A DNA stretch of 64,000 nucleotides from Camelus ferus (taxonomy: Eukaryota): NCBI RefSeq assembly GCF_009834535.1, contig NC_045698.1, forward strand, positions 61,442,001 to 61,506,000, given 5' to 3'. The position numbers and the translations under genes were made by a program. Shown in pieces: positions 39,570-52,559 of this stretch; position 1 is the first letter of the stretch, and each line of letters begins with the position of its first letter. Below the pieces are notes generated by a model. The model made no database searches and had not been told where the DNA came from. It saw only the letters and a program-made list of their open reading frames with translations.

Positions 39570-39720
39570 TTACTATAATAACAATCACTTATTGAGTGCT
39601 TATTGTGTGTGAGGCTCTGTGTTAAACCCTAATATTAACCTGTTTAATTTTCATTACCGCACTGGCGTTAAGTTCCATTTTCTCTATTTTATGACGCATG
39701 GGTAGAAGTAGCCTGCCTAG
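39570..39720 (-). mobile_element. MIR SINE
   Basis: cactttattgagtgcttattgtgtgtgaggctctgtgttaa. Confidence 0.65.
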
Positions 39721-39979
39721 TGGCAGCCTCTTAAAGTCTGTTTGACACCCCCATCTGTCCTCCTACCTGTACTCTACTGCCTCCCTGTGACCATCTTCTA
39801 CATACTGGTGTCCTGTTTTGAAAGTACAATACACAGACTTGAGCAGCTGTTCTTCTGTTATGGTTGTGAGGTTGACTCTGAGGTAGGAAGATGTTGCAGT
39901 TGAAGTGGAAAAGGATTATGGACTTGGAACTCTGTGATCAGGTCATCCGGGGACAGCTTCTCTTCCTTTCTAGAAAACT

Positions 39980-40210
39980 GGCTAAGAACCTGGCTCTAGA
40001 ATAATTTCCTGGGTTATATTCCAGCTTTGCTACTTGGTAGTGTTGTGACCTCTGGCAAGCTCAGCTTTCTGAGCCTCAGTTTTCTCATCTATAAAATGGG
40101 GATAATATTACTCATATCTTAGAGTTGTTGTGAAGATTAAATGAGTTAATACATGTAGTTTCTTTAAAATAGTGGCTGACACTTGGGGAGCACTACTGGA
40201 TATTATTAGT
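39980..40210 (+). mobile_element. MIR SINE
   Basis: ctgagcctcagttttctcatctataaaatggggataata...gttgttgtgaagattaaatgagttaatacatgt. Confidence 0.92.
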
Positions 40211-41282
40211 ACTTCGATGTCATTTGCTTTTTATCTCCCTTCTGGGTGTCTCCATGTGTGCATAGTTGCACACTCACTAAGAAATGCATAGATTCACTTA
40301 AAAATGTTGCAACGCCTGTCCCTCAGATCATAATCTGCTTTTGCAGTTTTTAGCATACCATATAAAGGGAAAAGTTGATTGTTAAGCTTACGTATTTTCC
40401 ATCTTCCGAAACACTTACTACTTAGAAATTAATGGAATTAATGGTCTTTTATGTTTAATTCTGACTTCAAATTTATGAAATTGAGACCCGTTTAAAATCA
40501 CTGTGAACAAAAGCCAAATCTATTTAGTGACTCAATTGCCTTATCTTTAGTCATCATTTCAGATTCGAAGCAAAAGCAAATTAAAAACATGTGGCTATCT
40601 AGAATCTTTTCTATTTTTATATCTGCCTTGTTAACAAGGTACATGGTTAGACATCTTAGCCTTTTGGCCCAGCTTGAGGAAGAGTTAATAAAGTAAAGTT
40701 ATGTAAAGTGCATTGAACTCCTCAGGAGAGAAGTGTTATATTAATACCTACCTCACAGTGATGTTCTCAGACTTAATGATAGAAAGTTTGTAAATTGCCT
40801 TGGTACTCCCAGTAACGTCCTGATGAAGCATCATTTTGTTTTATTGCACAGAGCTCTAAGTTACACAGAATGCAAGTTAAGGGGGAAATAATATCTCAGT
40901 CTTTATTTTACAATCAGAAGTTCATAAAATAAAAAGAAAATTTTGCTCCAGTTGTGAGTGGTAGAGTTGATCATTTTTATATTATCTCTTTCTATTGCTT
41001 TTGGGAAGAGGAGGAATTTATAATGCACAGTATAACTGAGCACTCATCCTTGAAGTATATAATGGCAGAAATAGCAATCAGGATAGAGACCTTTAAGGAC
41101 ACTAGTATTCAAATATTTAAAAATTAAATCCCAGTTTTAAAAGAGTCACACTCTTTTTTATATGATTACTTTTAAGTTTGGCATTTTTGAGACATGTCTT
41201 CAATCGATACCTGTAATACTTACAAATATTGTACTGTAAACACATATTCTTGCTGTAGGGTACATTTAAAATGTCTAAACAC

Positions 41283-41454
41283 NNNNNNNNNNNNNNNNNN
41301 NNNNNNNNNNNNNNNNNNNNNNNNNNNNNNNNNNNNNNNNNNNNNNNNNNNNNNNNNNNNNNNNNNNNNNNNNNNNNNNNNNNNNNNNNNNNNNNNNNNN
41401 NNNNNNNNNNNNNNNNNNNNNNNNNNNNNNNNNNNNNNNNNNNNNNNNNNNNNN
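41283..41454. other. Assembly gap
   Basis: N run. Confidence 1.
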
Positions 41455-41838
41455 ATTAGCTTTAAATATGATTGCACAGCTGTATTATGTTGCAAGCATC
41501 AATTTTTAATTATTATAAGGTCAATGTTAGAACAAATGTGATTAGTATAGTACCTCAGTGCCCTTATTTACTTTGCACTCAAAAACCACCCAGTGTTTAC
41601 CTAAACCGACCTGAACCTCTCTCTATTGATATGACTGATTAGATTTATGCCAAATCCTTTATTTTTCCCTCAGTGTTTAGCCTGTATATGTGATTTTGTT
41701 GATTCTTTCAGCTTTTAAAAATACAGATTGCTTGATTTATCTCTTCCCTTCATTCTTATGTGTCTATGTGTAGGTGTCTCTGTGTGTATAATCATAGCTA
41801 TTAATAATTTGGCAATCTCCTGCCTTTGTATAACATGT

Positions 41839-42162
41839 TGTCTTAGTCAGCTTGGACTGCCTTAATAAAATACAGTAGACTGGGTGGCTTAAACAACAAA
41901 CATTTATTTCTCATAGTTCTGGAGGCTGGGAAATCCAAGATCAAAGTGCCAGCAGATTCGGTGCTGGTGAGAGCCCTCTTGTTGGTTTGCAGATGGCCGT
42001 CCTCTTGTTATAGCCTCATGTGGCCTTTCCTTGGTGCGTGCACTTGGAGACACACAGTTCTTACTCTTAAGAGGGTTAATTATCTCATGAGATGCACCAC
42101 CTTCATGACCTCACCCTCATCATGACCTAATTACCTCCTAAAGGTGCCACCTTCAAATATCA
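41839..42162 (-). mobile_element. MLT1A/MST-like MaLR LTR
   Basis: tgtcttagtcagcttggactgcc...ggcttaaacaacaaacatttatttctcatagttctggaggctgggaaatccaagatc. Confidence 0.88.
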
Positions 42163-42630
42163 GGGCAGATTTATGTGCAGCCCATTTACAGAGAAAAGGA
42201 ATTTCCTTTTTTAGAAATAGGTTTATATGATTAACGTTTGTAGAGATTTGCCACTCGTCCTTATGTTTCTTACTGCTCTATGTGACTTTAAATTTAGCTC
42301 TTTAAATTAAAAGATGCTGCATATAAAACTACAGAACAATACATGATCTACATACTAGCCATTAGAATTCCCCAAATGTTCGGCATGAATAGTGACTCAA
42401 GTTTTAATGCAAAGGTTGTTTTCTAGTACTTATCTAGTTCTTTAGGTTTCATTTTCTGTTGATATATTATTTACAGTTAACAATAACAACACTAGACAAA
42501 AATCTTTGTAGTATTTAGTAAGTGAAGCAGCATAAGGTTTCCAACAAACTAGAAAGATGCAAGCCAGATACTCCATCTCTGTGGCTTGAGGAATGAAAGA
42601 TCAGAAGCTGGCTGGGCTCCAGTGGGAATC

Positions 42631-42742
42631 TTTTTTTTTCCTTTTTCTAATTGAGGTATAGTCAACCTACAGTGTTGTATTTGTTTCTGGTATACAGCAT
42701 AGTGATTCAGTTGTACACACATGTGTGTATATATATGTAATT

Positions 42743-42781
<39 letters not shown>

Positions 42782-43400
42782 CATACACACATACACATAC
42801 ACACTCCTTTTCATATACTTTTTCATTATAGGCTATTATAATTTATTGAATATAGTTCCCTGTGCTATACAGTAGGATCTTGTTTATCTATTTTATATAT
42901 AGTAATTAGTATCTGCAAGTCCCAGACACCCCTTTTCTCCCCTGGTAACCGTAAGTTTGTTTTTTATGTCTATGAGTCTGTTTCTATTTTGTAAATAAGT
43001 TCATTTGTGTCATTTTTTTTTTAGATGCCTCGTGTAAGTCATATCATATGGTATTTTTTTCTCTTTCTGGCTTACTTCACTTAGTATGACAATCTCCAGG
43101 TCCATCCATATTGCTGCAAATGGCATTGTTTTACTCCTTTTTATGGCTGAGTAGTTATATATATATATACACCACAACATCTTTATCCAGTCATCTGTTG
43201 ATGGACATGTAGGTTACTTCCAAGTCTTAGCTATTTTAAGTAGTGCTGCTATGAACATTGGGGTGTTTGTAACTTTTCAAATTAAGAGTTTCCTCCAGAT
43301 GTGCTCAGGAGTGGGATTGCTGGATCATATGTTAAGTCTATTTTTAGTTTTTTAAGGAATCTCCATACTTTTTTCCACAATGGCTGCACCAGCCTACATT
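42631..43400 (-). mobile_element. Lineage-specific L1 3' end, 5'-truncated, with TSD
   Basis: L1 3'UTR with internal (CA)/(TA) tract; 16-bp TSD CTCCAGTGGGAA(T/C)CTT at 42617-42632 and 43401-43416. Confidence 0.93.
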
Positions 43401-44949
43401 CTCCAGTGGGAACCTTAAGATGCGATAGTGGAGAAAGACTATTGCCAGGTTATGACAAGGGGCAAAGTGGCTGGTGGGGAAATGACTCATTAGTTATTGA
43501 TCAGGGTAAGCTATAAAGAACATAAGTCTTGCCTTTGATTCCTTCATACATGTTCAGCCAATTGAGTAGGGGTATAAGGAACAGTTCTAAGAATTATAAG
43601 AACTTATTTCTGTGTTGGATGATGCAGCTTCCCCACTCCCTCCATCTTTCTTATCCACTATATTATTTTTCAGTCACGTGTTCTAAAAATAGTTGCTTTT
43701 AAAAAAAGAAATATGTAGGATGCTCTTGTTGAGAAGTATTAGGGCCTAATAATTAGTGTGTAATGATCAAATTTTTGGCATTGAAACAAGGAGTTAGGAG
43801 AATATTTTGGGATTGGATGGTTATTTCCTGAACCTCGTAAGTTATGTTACCCAAGTAAGCTTATTCTAAATGGTTTTGTGAGCCATTCTTCTACTTCAGC
43901 TCCCCTACTGCCTCTACCCTCACTACCTACATACCCAAGTATTTGTGAGTAATGCGCCAGAAACATTGCTAGAAAAATTCTTTTTCTTTTAAACAGGACA
44001 TCATGAAAGCAGGGAAAGACTTTATTATACACTAAAGTTGTAGAAAGATCACAAATATATGATTTGATTGAATGTAAAAGCCAGAGAAATATTGTTGATC
44101 AGGGTTAAAATCATGATTTATTCCTATCAGCCATGGACCCTGGACAAAAGCTTTCTTAACTAGGAAGATGTCACTGATTTAAGAAATCATACATTTGATG
44201 CAGGAATTATGTGGAGCCTTTCCCAGTTACCTTCATTGACCCAACCCTTTCCCAAGACATGATTGGGACATCCTGAAAAGATCTTAAAAGATGAGGTGGC
44301 GAGGTGTGGCACTTCATTTTAAGTCTCTAACTACCTTTAGATTTGCTTTACTTTTCAACATTATGCTAATTATTGTCCAGATTTTAGACATGTAATAATT
44401 TGTATGGATTGAACTTTTAGAGCAGATTGAACTGTGTTCAGTTTGGTGGTCAGGGGAGTCTAGTGTAGGGGGTATAAATAGGGGCCACAAGATGAAGGTG
44501 CAAGCAAGTATCATACTGATTTATTTCTAGGTCAAATAAAATCTATGTATTCATTATACACCTTAGTTTGGCTATTCAATATTAGCCATACTTTATTGCT
44601 CTCTTCTCTTTCAATAGGGCATAGGATGCTCAGGTGGCCTATCCATCCTGAAAACATCAGGGAAATGCTTTTGGTTACCGTTTAACTTGTTTTTACCATT
44701 GTGATAGACATTCAAGGTACAAACTTTGATGGCCAATTTGGAGGTGCAAGGCACCCACTCTAAGTAAAGCTAGGAGAGGGAATCTTTCCAAAGCTTTAAA
44801 AGACTATTGGAAAATGAAATTTTTGACTAGCCTGCAGCCATTCTACCTGGTCTGCTCATATCAGCCCTTCTCTGGGTTAGTGACTTTATTTTCCATAAAG
44901 CCACATAAATAGCCAGTTATCCTATGAAGCATGATCAGCCATCTTAGGA

Positions 44950-46060
44950 AAATGAAAGTTAATATTATAATGAGATAACATTTTCCACTGCTAGATAGTA
45001 AAAATTAAAAATCAGGACTATAATAAATGATGTTGAAGACAGGGAGAAATGAAACACATAAGTCATTGATAGGAGTATAAACAGGTACAACCACAGGCAA
45101 TAGTCACAATGTTTAACCACTGGGTCAGGAACTGACCCTTTAGTTACTGAATTGTGGGAAGGTCTCTGACATCTGGGAGGCTGGCCAGGGAGAGTGACCA
45201 ACTTGTCCTGGTTTGCTGGGAACTTTGTTGGTTTAAAACTGAACATCCTGTGTTCCCAAAACCCTCTCAGTCCCTAGGCAAACCAGAATAATTTAGCCAC
45301 TCTATAACCGTATCAGCTGCAGGGGGACCCTCAAGGAACTCAAGGTAGCAGCTATTTCTTAAGTGTGGAATTATTTTGATATTTTAAAAACTAGTGAAGC
45401 TGTACTGGTGTGTACCTGCTGAACACTAATTCTGGATACACCCACTTTGGAAGACCATGTGGCATATCCTGTGAAATTCAGTATACACATATCCTATGAC
45501 CTTCAAATTCTTCTCTATTGCAAATAGATTAGGGCAACTCTTGAATCTGTGACCTAGGAGACATGTACAAGAATTTTATAGCATCATTGTTTGTAGTAAC
45601 AAAAAACTGGAAACAACTTGAACATCCTGCAATAAAACACTAAGATAACTGTATTGTGCTTTTCATACCATGGGATACGATGAAGAAGTGAAAATGAAGG
45701 GACCATGGCTGAAAGCAACAGGTGAGTTTCTCTCTCAAATAATATTGAGCCAAAGAAACAAGTTGAAAAATATACAGCATATGGTTCATTTACATAAAGT
45801 TAAAGACAGGCAGAAGTCAACAATGGTTTTAAAGGGATACAAACATGCAAATTATAAAGAAAAGCAAGTAGATGAAAAATACAGAAATTCATGATAATTC
45901 CCTGTGGGAAAGGGGCTTATTGAGGTGAGGGCTTCGCAGTTACCGAAATGTTCCATTTCTTAAGCTAACTAGTGATATGTGGTGGTTTTTAAAATTCTTT
46001 TCACCTAATATATATGTTTTAAAATTTGTTGATATACACACAATATTTAATAAAAATGTG
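44950..46060 (+). mobile_element. L1ME-type ORF2 end and 3'UTR, interrupted
   Basis: catatcctatgacc...ggagacatgtacaagaattttatagcatcattgtttgtagtaacaaaaaactggaaacaac. Confidence 0.75.
45190..45304. mobile_element. MER81-like hAT-Blackjack MITE
   Basis: agagtgaccaacttgtcctggtttg...ccctctcagtccctaggcaaaccag...gccactcta. Confidence 0.75.
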
Positions 46061-46159
46061 GAAGTCTAAAAAAGTTAAAATAAATTTTGGGGGGATTCCC
46101 TAAAAATTACATTTGCATCTTTCATATCCTTGAAAAGGACATGGGGAACTAATTATTTA

Positions 46160-46500
46160 ATAAATATTTATTGATTCCCTACTGTGTATTAGTTATATAA
46201 GGTTGAAAAACCAAAATCCCTGCCTTCAAAGGGATTCTAGTGGGAGAGAAGAACAATAAGCCTCTACATGAATAAATGCATTAGTAGACAGGTACAATAC
46301 ATATGTTATCACATTTCAGGCTGAGGTTAGCATTCGAGAGAAATAGAAAGCAAATTAGGGAAGAGAAGGTGAAGGAGGTGGATATTTTCACGTTGTCAGG
46401 CAAAGCTTCCAGAGCTCATGACATGTAATGGAGGCCTGGGTGAAGTGTGGAAACAAACATGTGAGTATTTGGGGGAAAGCACTCTAGGCAGAGTGAAGAG
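46160..46500 (-). mobile_element. L2 fragment
   Basis: aataaatatttattgattccctactgtgt...aatccctgccttcaaagggattctagtgggagag. Confidence 0.7.
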
Positions 46501-47039
46501 CCCACCAACTCACCTCCCATGGCCCATCCCAAAACCTTCCCCTTCATGCAGAGCATTGTGTGCAAAAGAAGAGAGGTCTCCACCCCTCACAACCCAAACA
46601 CCTTCCATTTTTCCAGGTTCAGGGAGGTTATCCTCTTGTCCTGAATAAGGCCACTCACCATCCTCTCCAGACCTTATGGCCTCATATAAGTAGAAGATTT
46701 TTGAAATGGAGCCCTATTAACTTTCCCCTTTGTCAACAGAGTCCTTAGCCCTTAAGGAGTCCAGAGTTCATTTGCTGTCTGGTAGTGGGGAGAGGACAAC
46801 ATCTCTCATTCTTTTGAGTCTTGAAAGAAGCTATAGAAAATATCAATGATTATTGCAAAAGGCTATTTTGCCACATTATGCATGATACAATGTTTTGAAG
46901 TCTGGTTGATTATGGTGTTTGCTAAAGCAGGAGAACCAGTCTTCAAAAAGACCTGAGTAGAAGGTACTCTGTGGTCGTTATCTTTAGTTTAGGGTGTTTT
47001 GCATGGTCGACTTCTGTGGTCATGCTTAGCTGTGGGTGG

Positions 47040-47940
47040 TAGAAAGTCCTGGCTCAGTGATAAGCTGCATAATATTGTCAAGCGACTTCTGTTGCCCTGA
47101 GCCTCAGTCTCTCATCTGCTCCTACCTAAAGTGGTTATCGTGATGACTAAATAAACTAATGAATGTGAAGTTGCCTTGTAGTTGACAAAATCTCTTCAGT
47201 AAGAATAAGTAAGGGTAAGAATAACCACTTGGACTTAGAGACAAATTTAATTTTGAATCCTAGTCCCACTACTTTTTTCACTTTAAGTTGTGGTTAAGTT
47301 TCTTTTCTGAGTCTTGACTTCACTCATTAGCTGCAAATTCATTCAAAAAATGTTTTGGTGGCTTTTATAACCAGATACTATATTAGGCATTAGAAAACAA
47401 TAATAATGGTAATAATACTCATGATAAACTCAAAAGTTTGTCCTGAGGAATAAATAACTTACCTATAGCATTCAGTACATTGTTTTGTGCATAGGCAGTG
47501 GAAGTAACTATTATTACCATATTACATGAGTAACGCTTTTTATAGCTTCAGTTCAGATTTATTTTTTGAACTCTAGACTTGCATATCCCATTGCTGTCTT
47601 GTTATCTCTGCTTTGATATATTATAGGTAGTTCAAATTTAACAAGTCCAGTAAACAAACCCTCAATTCTTCCCTTAAATATTTTCTTGCCACCTTTTTTA
47701 TCTAAGTAAATAGCACAATCATCCTTTAATTTGCATAGGCCTCAAATCTCTCAGTTATCCTTGAGTCTGTGTTTTCTACTACTTGCTACGTCCAGTTTAG
47801 CTGACACATTCATCATAATTTTGTAATTAAGGAAAGAAAAGCTTAGAGAGTTTAAGAAATGTTTACATGATCCCACAGCTAGTAACCTCAATGGGGGCAG
47901 TCCAGTTCAAGTCTTCTGATTTGTGCTCCACTGCTCTTTC
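47040..47940. mobile_element. Cluster of MIR and L2 fragments
   Basis: MIR-like at ~47040-47200, ~47220-47330 and ~47810-47940; L2-like at ~47560-47800. Confidence 0.55.
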
Positions 47941-49357
47941 AGTTTTACTATTCTGCTATTCTGCTATTTGGAGGTATCAGGGCATGAGTAAGAATTCCTC
48001 TTTAGCATCTTCATAATTAAATGAATGAGTGCATATTGATTTAACACTCATGTAATAATTATCTAGCAAATACCGGGGAAGAAGAATGCAGCCAGAAAAT
48101 TATGAAGTACCGTTTAAAGGAAACTACTTGTTTTTGAAAATCCAGTTTCAATAGAGGGACAAAAGGAAATTTATATTATCCAATAAATAGAGCACTGATG
48201 GAAAGCAAATTTTGTCTGAACTTACACTATGAGATACTGTCATACAAAACCAATGACATCTTTCAGAATCTGTTAAAAGCCACAACATAAGCAAGAGAGG
48301 AAATTGGAAATCTCTTCAGATATCTACTCTGTTTAGTCATGAGGAAATTTCCAGGACAGTAGGGATGGCAATTATATTTTTCAAGCAAAATAAACACTCT
48401 ACTCTGTTGCCATACATTAGTAAGAAATATAGCAGACAAAGAGTGAGGTGAGGCAAGAAAAGCAAGAAATTATTTATGCCGATTTAAAGAATGCTGAGTG
48501 TAATAGTTATTAATTGCAGTAAAATGACACTAATTAGACTTATGTTTGATGTTGAAAGCAGCAACTTTCTCTGTGATTTCTCAAACTCATTTTTAAACGG
48601 AAATATAGGAGCCCAAGAAATTGATTTGATTAAAACTCTTTCCTTTTGACATTGGTAATTACCATAATAATTTTTAGTGCAGTCTTCTTGAATATTAGTT
48701 ATCTGTTTAACTGTATGATGCCTGTTACTGACATACTAACTGCTAGAAGTTGATATGGTAATACAGTTTTCATTAGTGCTTACTGATGTGTGAATTAAAC
48801 ATTGATATAAAAGATGGTTCTCACCATCATGGAAATGTTAATTAAATTGGTAAGTATAAAAACACTTCTTTTGAGAAAATTTTAATTTAAGCAGAATAAA
48901 TATATTTCGCATTAGGAGAGTTTGATTCATGTATTTTGGGTTAGAGGAAAAAGTACTTTGGCAGGTATTCAAAGCCATCAAATAGATTCATTTAACAGAT
49001 TCTGAAAGATGTCATGTCTGTTTTTCTAATTAAGTACTTTGACACAAACTTTGAATGTAATAAGGTAATATTAAAAGATTACTTATAGAAAGATAACTCA
49101 TAAAGCAACAGGATGATGAGGCTGTCAAAGAAAGTTAATACAATTTTTAACTGTTTTAAAGCTATGGTCTAAAGGAAGGAGGAAGGGTGGTGGTTTCTGT
49201 TGGTGGGATGGATGAGAACTATTGTCTTCATCAGTCAGAGCTTGGGCTTTGAGATCAGGGAAGCGTAACCGGCATTGGAAGAGGATTTGAAACCATGACA
49301 ATGAAGCCAGTTCTGAAAGTTATGGGAATGTTTAGAGAAAGACTTGGTGTGTCTTTT

Positions 49358-49416
49358 GTTCTTTCCTTTTCTTTCTTTCTCTCTCTTCCTCTTCCTTCCT
49401 TCCTTCCTTCCTTCCT
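49358..49416. repeat. Pyrimidine simple repeat, (TTCC)n-rich
   Basis: Seen directly. Confidence 0.9.
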
Positions 49417-49539
49417 CGAAGCATTGCTTAACTGGTGTCCTTATTATGATGGCTAGTAAATATTAACATTTTCCTCAAGTGAATCAGAAAGCCCATTAAA
49501 ATGAGTGACAAAAAAAATCTTTTTTAACCACCTGACAGT

Positions 49540-49870
49540 CTTTTTTTATTTTTTTGAGGTATAATTGAGGTAAAATTGACAAATAACCTTATATTAGCTT
49601 CAGGGGTACAACATAATGATTCAGTATTTGTATATATTGCAGAAACACCACAACAGGTCTAGTTAACATCCTTCACCATACATAGTTACAAAATCTTTTT
49701 TTGGTAATAAAAACTTTAAAAATCTACTATCTTAGCCACTTTCAAATATGCAATGCAGCATTATTAGACTATTAGGCTTACTTATTTAATGAATGGAAGT
49801 TTTTACTCTTTGATCCTCTTCAGCCATTTTGCCCACCTCACACCCTCTACCTTTAGCAACTGCCAAACTG
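49540..49870 (-). mobile_element. Laurasiatherian-age L1 3' end (L1MA9-like)
   Basis: caggggtacaacataatgattcagtatttgtatatattgc...gtctagttaacatccttcaccatacatagttac. Confidence 0.82.
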
Positions 49871-51059
49871 TGAGATTTTTTAAAACAGAGCTACTAAAAT
49901 ATCCTCCGTGTGAAAGGATCCATTCACCATAAAAGGCAGTAGAGATTATGAATAATGTAAATATGTATTTTTCCAGATATACATATATTCAAAACCAGGA
50001 ACTAAATGAGGACAGGATTCGCTTATAATTTGACTGTTGTATAAGTAATCATATGTCAAACCTCAGTTGACTGGTGCCATGTTTTTAATTTATTTAAGGG
50101 ATTTTTGGTGTCTGTTATGGCCTGGCACCCTGGGCCGCTGTCTAGCTTACCAAAATCTTAATTCAATTTTGTTGGATGACATGTTTATTGGAAATATACA
50201 TAATAAAATCAAGTAGAGCTTAAATGTCTGGGATACAGAATTCTTAAGTTCATCCCAACCCTAAAATACTGTCGTAGAAATTATAAGATAATTTGGTATT
50301 TAGGGATACACAGAAACATCTTGATTGAAACTATTCAGCTAACCAACTGATCTGTCTTCCTATGTGTCTTGAAATTAGGACCAAATAGTTAAAGCTACAG
50401 ACCAATTACCAGAAAGAATAGTCGGTAAGATTCACGTACTGTTCTTCCTGTTTGTACTGTCTCGCAAAAGATTTATGTTAATTCTTGATTATAGAATCTT
50501 CCAGATGAAAATGATTGCATTTAGGACTTTTAAAAATAAAACTTTAAAAAGTTATGAAGCTGATATCCAGAATGGAGAACCAACACTTTGTTTCATTACT
50601 GATGTTACTTGTAGAGGCAGTTTGCTGAAGAGACAGTTGTGTCAAGTGTAAACAAGGTGGTTTGTAATTTGCAGACGGGGTTTTCCTGCTCTTGCCTCTA
50701 GTCTGCATTTTATTTTAAACCATTTAACTGTGAAACAATGTATGTGTGTGGTGTGTATTTTAAGTTACTTCTTATAAACATTCCAGTCAAACATTTATCA
50801 GGGAATAAATAGAATGCTTTTTTCTTGTCTATTAGTGACCACAAATTTGCTGTCATTCACTCCTACTTTTTGCTGGCTGGGTGTTGTAACTGGTCTACAA
50901 CTGGGATTGCCCTATGATCTTGACTTTGTTAATGTTGAAGCTAATTAGCTCAGCTCCCTGGTATAATTCTGACTGAGAAGTTGGTCATGGCCCATGCTAA
51001 TTATCCAAGGAGCCAAAAAACAAGTTTAGTTAGTTAGGCTTATTTGTTCTAGGAAAACT

Positions 51060-52110
51060 ACGAAATGTTAGAGGTAAACTTATAAAGAAGGAAACTATAC
51101 CTATATGAAGAAAAATATGATATCTATTGAAGTCCATTAACCAATCTGAAAGACATCATGCTCTTGAATGGAAAGACTCAATAACATAAAATGTCAATAA
51201 TACGAAATTAATACATACATTTGTGCAACTTCAAGTAGAATCTCAATATTTTAAAAATATATTACATAAAATGAGACTAAGTATCTGAATGTAAAAGAAT
51301 GAACCATGAAGCACAGCCAAAAAATTAAGAAAAGATAGAATAAGAATAACTTTGTCTTAATATATATTAAGACATTAATCCATTATTAACAAATAATATG
51401 GTATTTATATAGTATCAGAAATATATACATGTATTTCATATATATATGAAGAATAAAATAGAGAATTTAAGCCAGTATACAAGGGATTTACCATATGGCA
51501 ATTTTCTGGGAACATAGGTTTTATTTAATAAATATTGTTAATACAGCTGGTTATTCATTTTGGCGAAATTGAAAACAGGCTCTCCATTCCTTTTGTCGTA
51601 TACAAGATACAAATTCCAACAGGAGTAAGAATTTATATACTATGAATTCATTGAAGTAAATTATTAACTGTCTCCTCTCTACCAGTTGAGTTGAAGAGAT
51701 TTTCAAAAAGTAGAGATAAGCCATGGTAAACCATGCCAATCCCCACCTGCCTCCACCACATACACACAGTGAAAGCCACAGAAAACTCTATTGTAGGTTT
51801 CTAACACTCGTTACCTTGATGAAGATGTGATGGCTTACAGAAAAGTAGAGGGAAGACAAGGAAAACAAACACATAACCAAATAAATAAATTAGTAAATAG
51901 GTAAATAAATAACAGTTGTTTACAATGACAAATACCTTGGTCAACATAAAAGTGTGTTTATGCACAGATGCATAAAGAGAACCATGAGGCAATGATCACT
52001 AAAGTATTAATGGTGGTCATTGCAGTGTCATGTAATTTCTAATGATTTTTGCCTGCCCTATTATGCTTTTCTGTATTGGTTAAATTTCATTTATAAACAA
52101 CACTTACGAT
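51060..52110 (+). mobile_element. Old L1M fragments (ORF2 remnant and 3' end)
   Basis: gaaagacatcatgctcttgaatggaaagactcaata is a degenerate L1 ORF2 segment. Confidence 0.65.
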
Positions 52111-52407
52111 TATATAAGCAGAACAGCAACTGATGAAGTTTTTCCTGACTGGAGGACAATCAGACCTGAGGGATAAGCTGAGAGAAGGGCAGGGCTTTAC
52201 AGGGGCACAAGGAGATAGTGACTACATAATGCAGTGACAATTAATAGTTCTGCCTTCCTAAAAATTGACATGTTAAGGAAAAAAAACAATTTGTTATAGA
52301 ATATGAAACTTTTACTTGTTTTCTTTAAGCATTTCTGCTATGTTTGTAGACAAAGAGGGATAAGCTTATAAGAAAAGGAGGAATGTAACTTTTGCTGCAT
52401 CTATAAC

Positions 52408-52550
52408 CGTGATAGTTTTTATTGTGTCAGCTAAGCTTGGTCTGTGTTTCCCTATCCTTTTTCCTGTTTGATTCTGGGTTAGAGTTGCCACAAGAGAAAT
52501 GTGAATGAAATTTGGGGTGGGGGCACAAGTGAAGCAGCAGCCATTACAAT
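52408..52550 (+). mobile_element. ERVL LTR 5' fragment (LTR33-like)
   Basis: gattctgggttagagttgccacaagagaaatg...agtgaagcagcagccatt; subfamily recalled from memory. Confidence 0.5.
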
Positions 52551-52559
52551 GTGATACAT

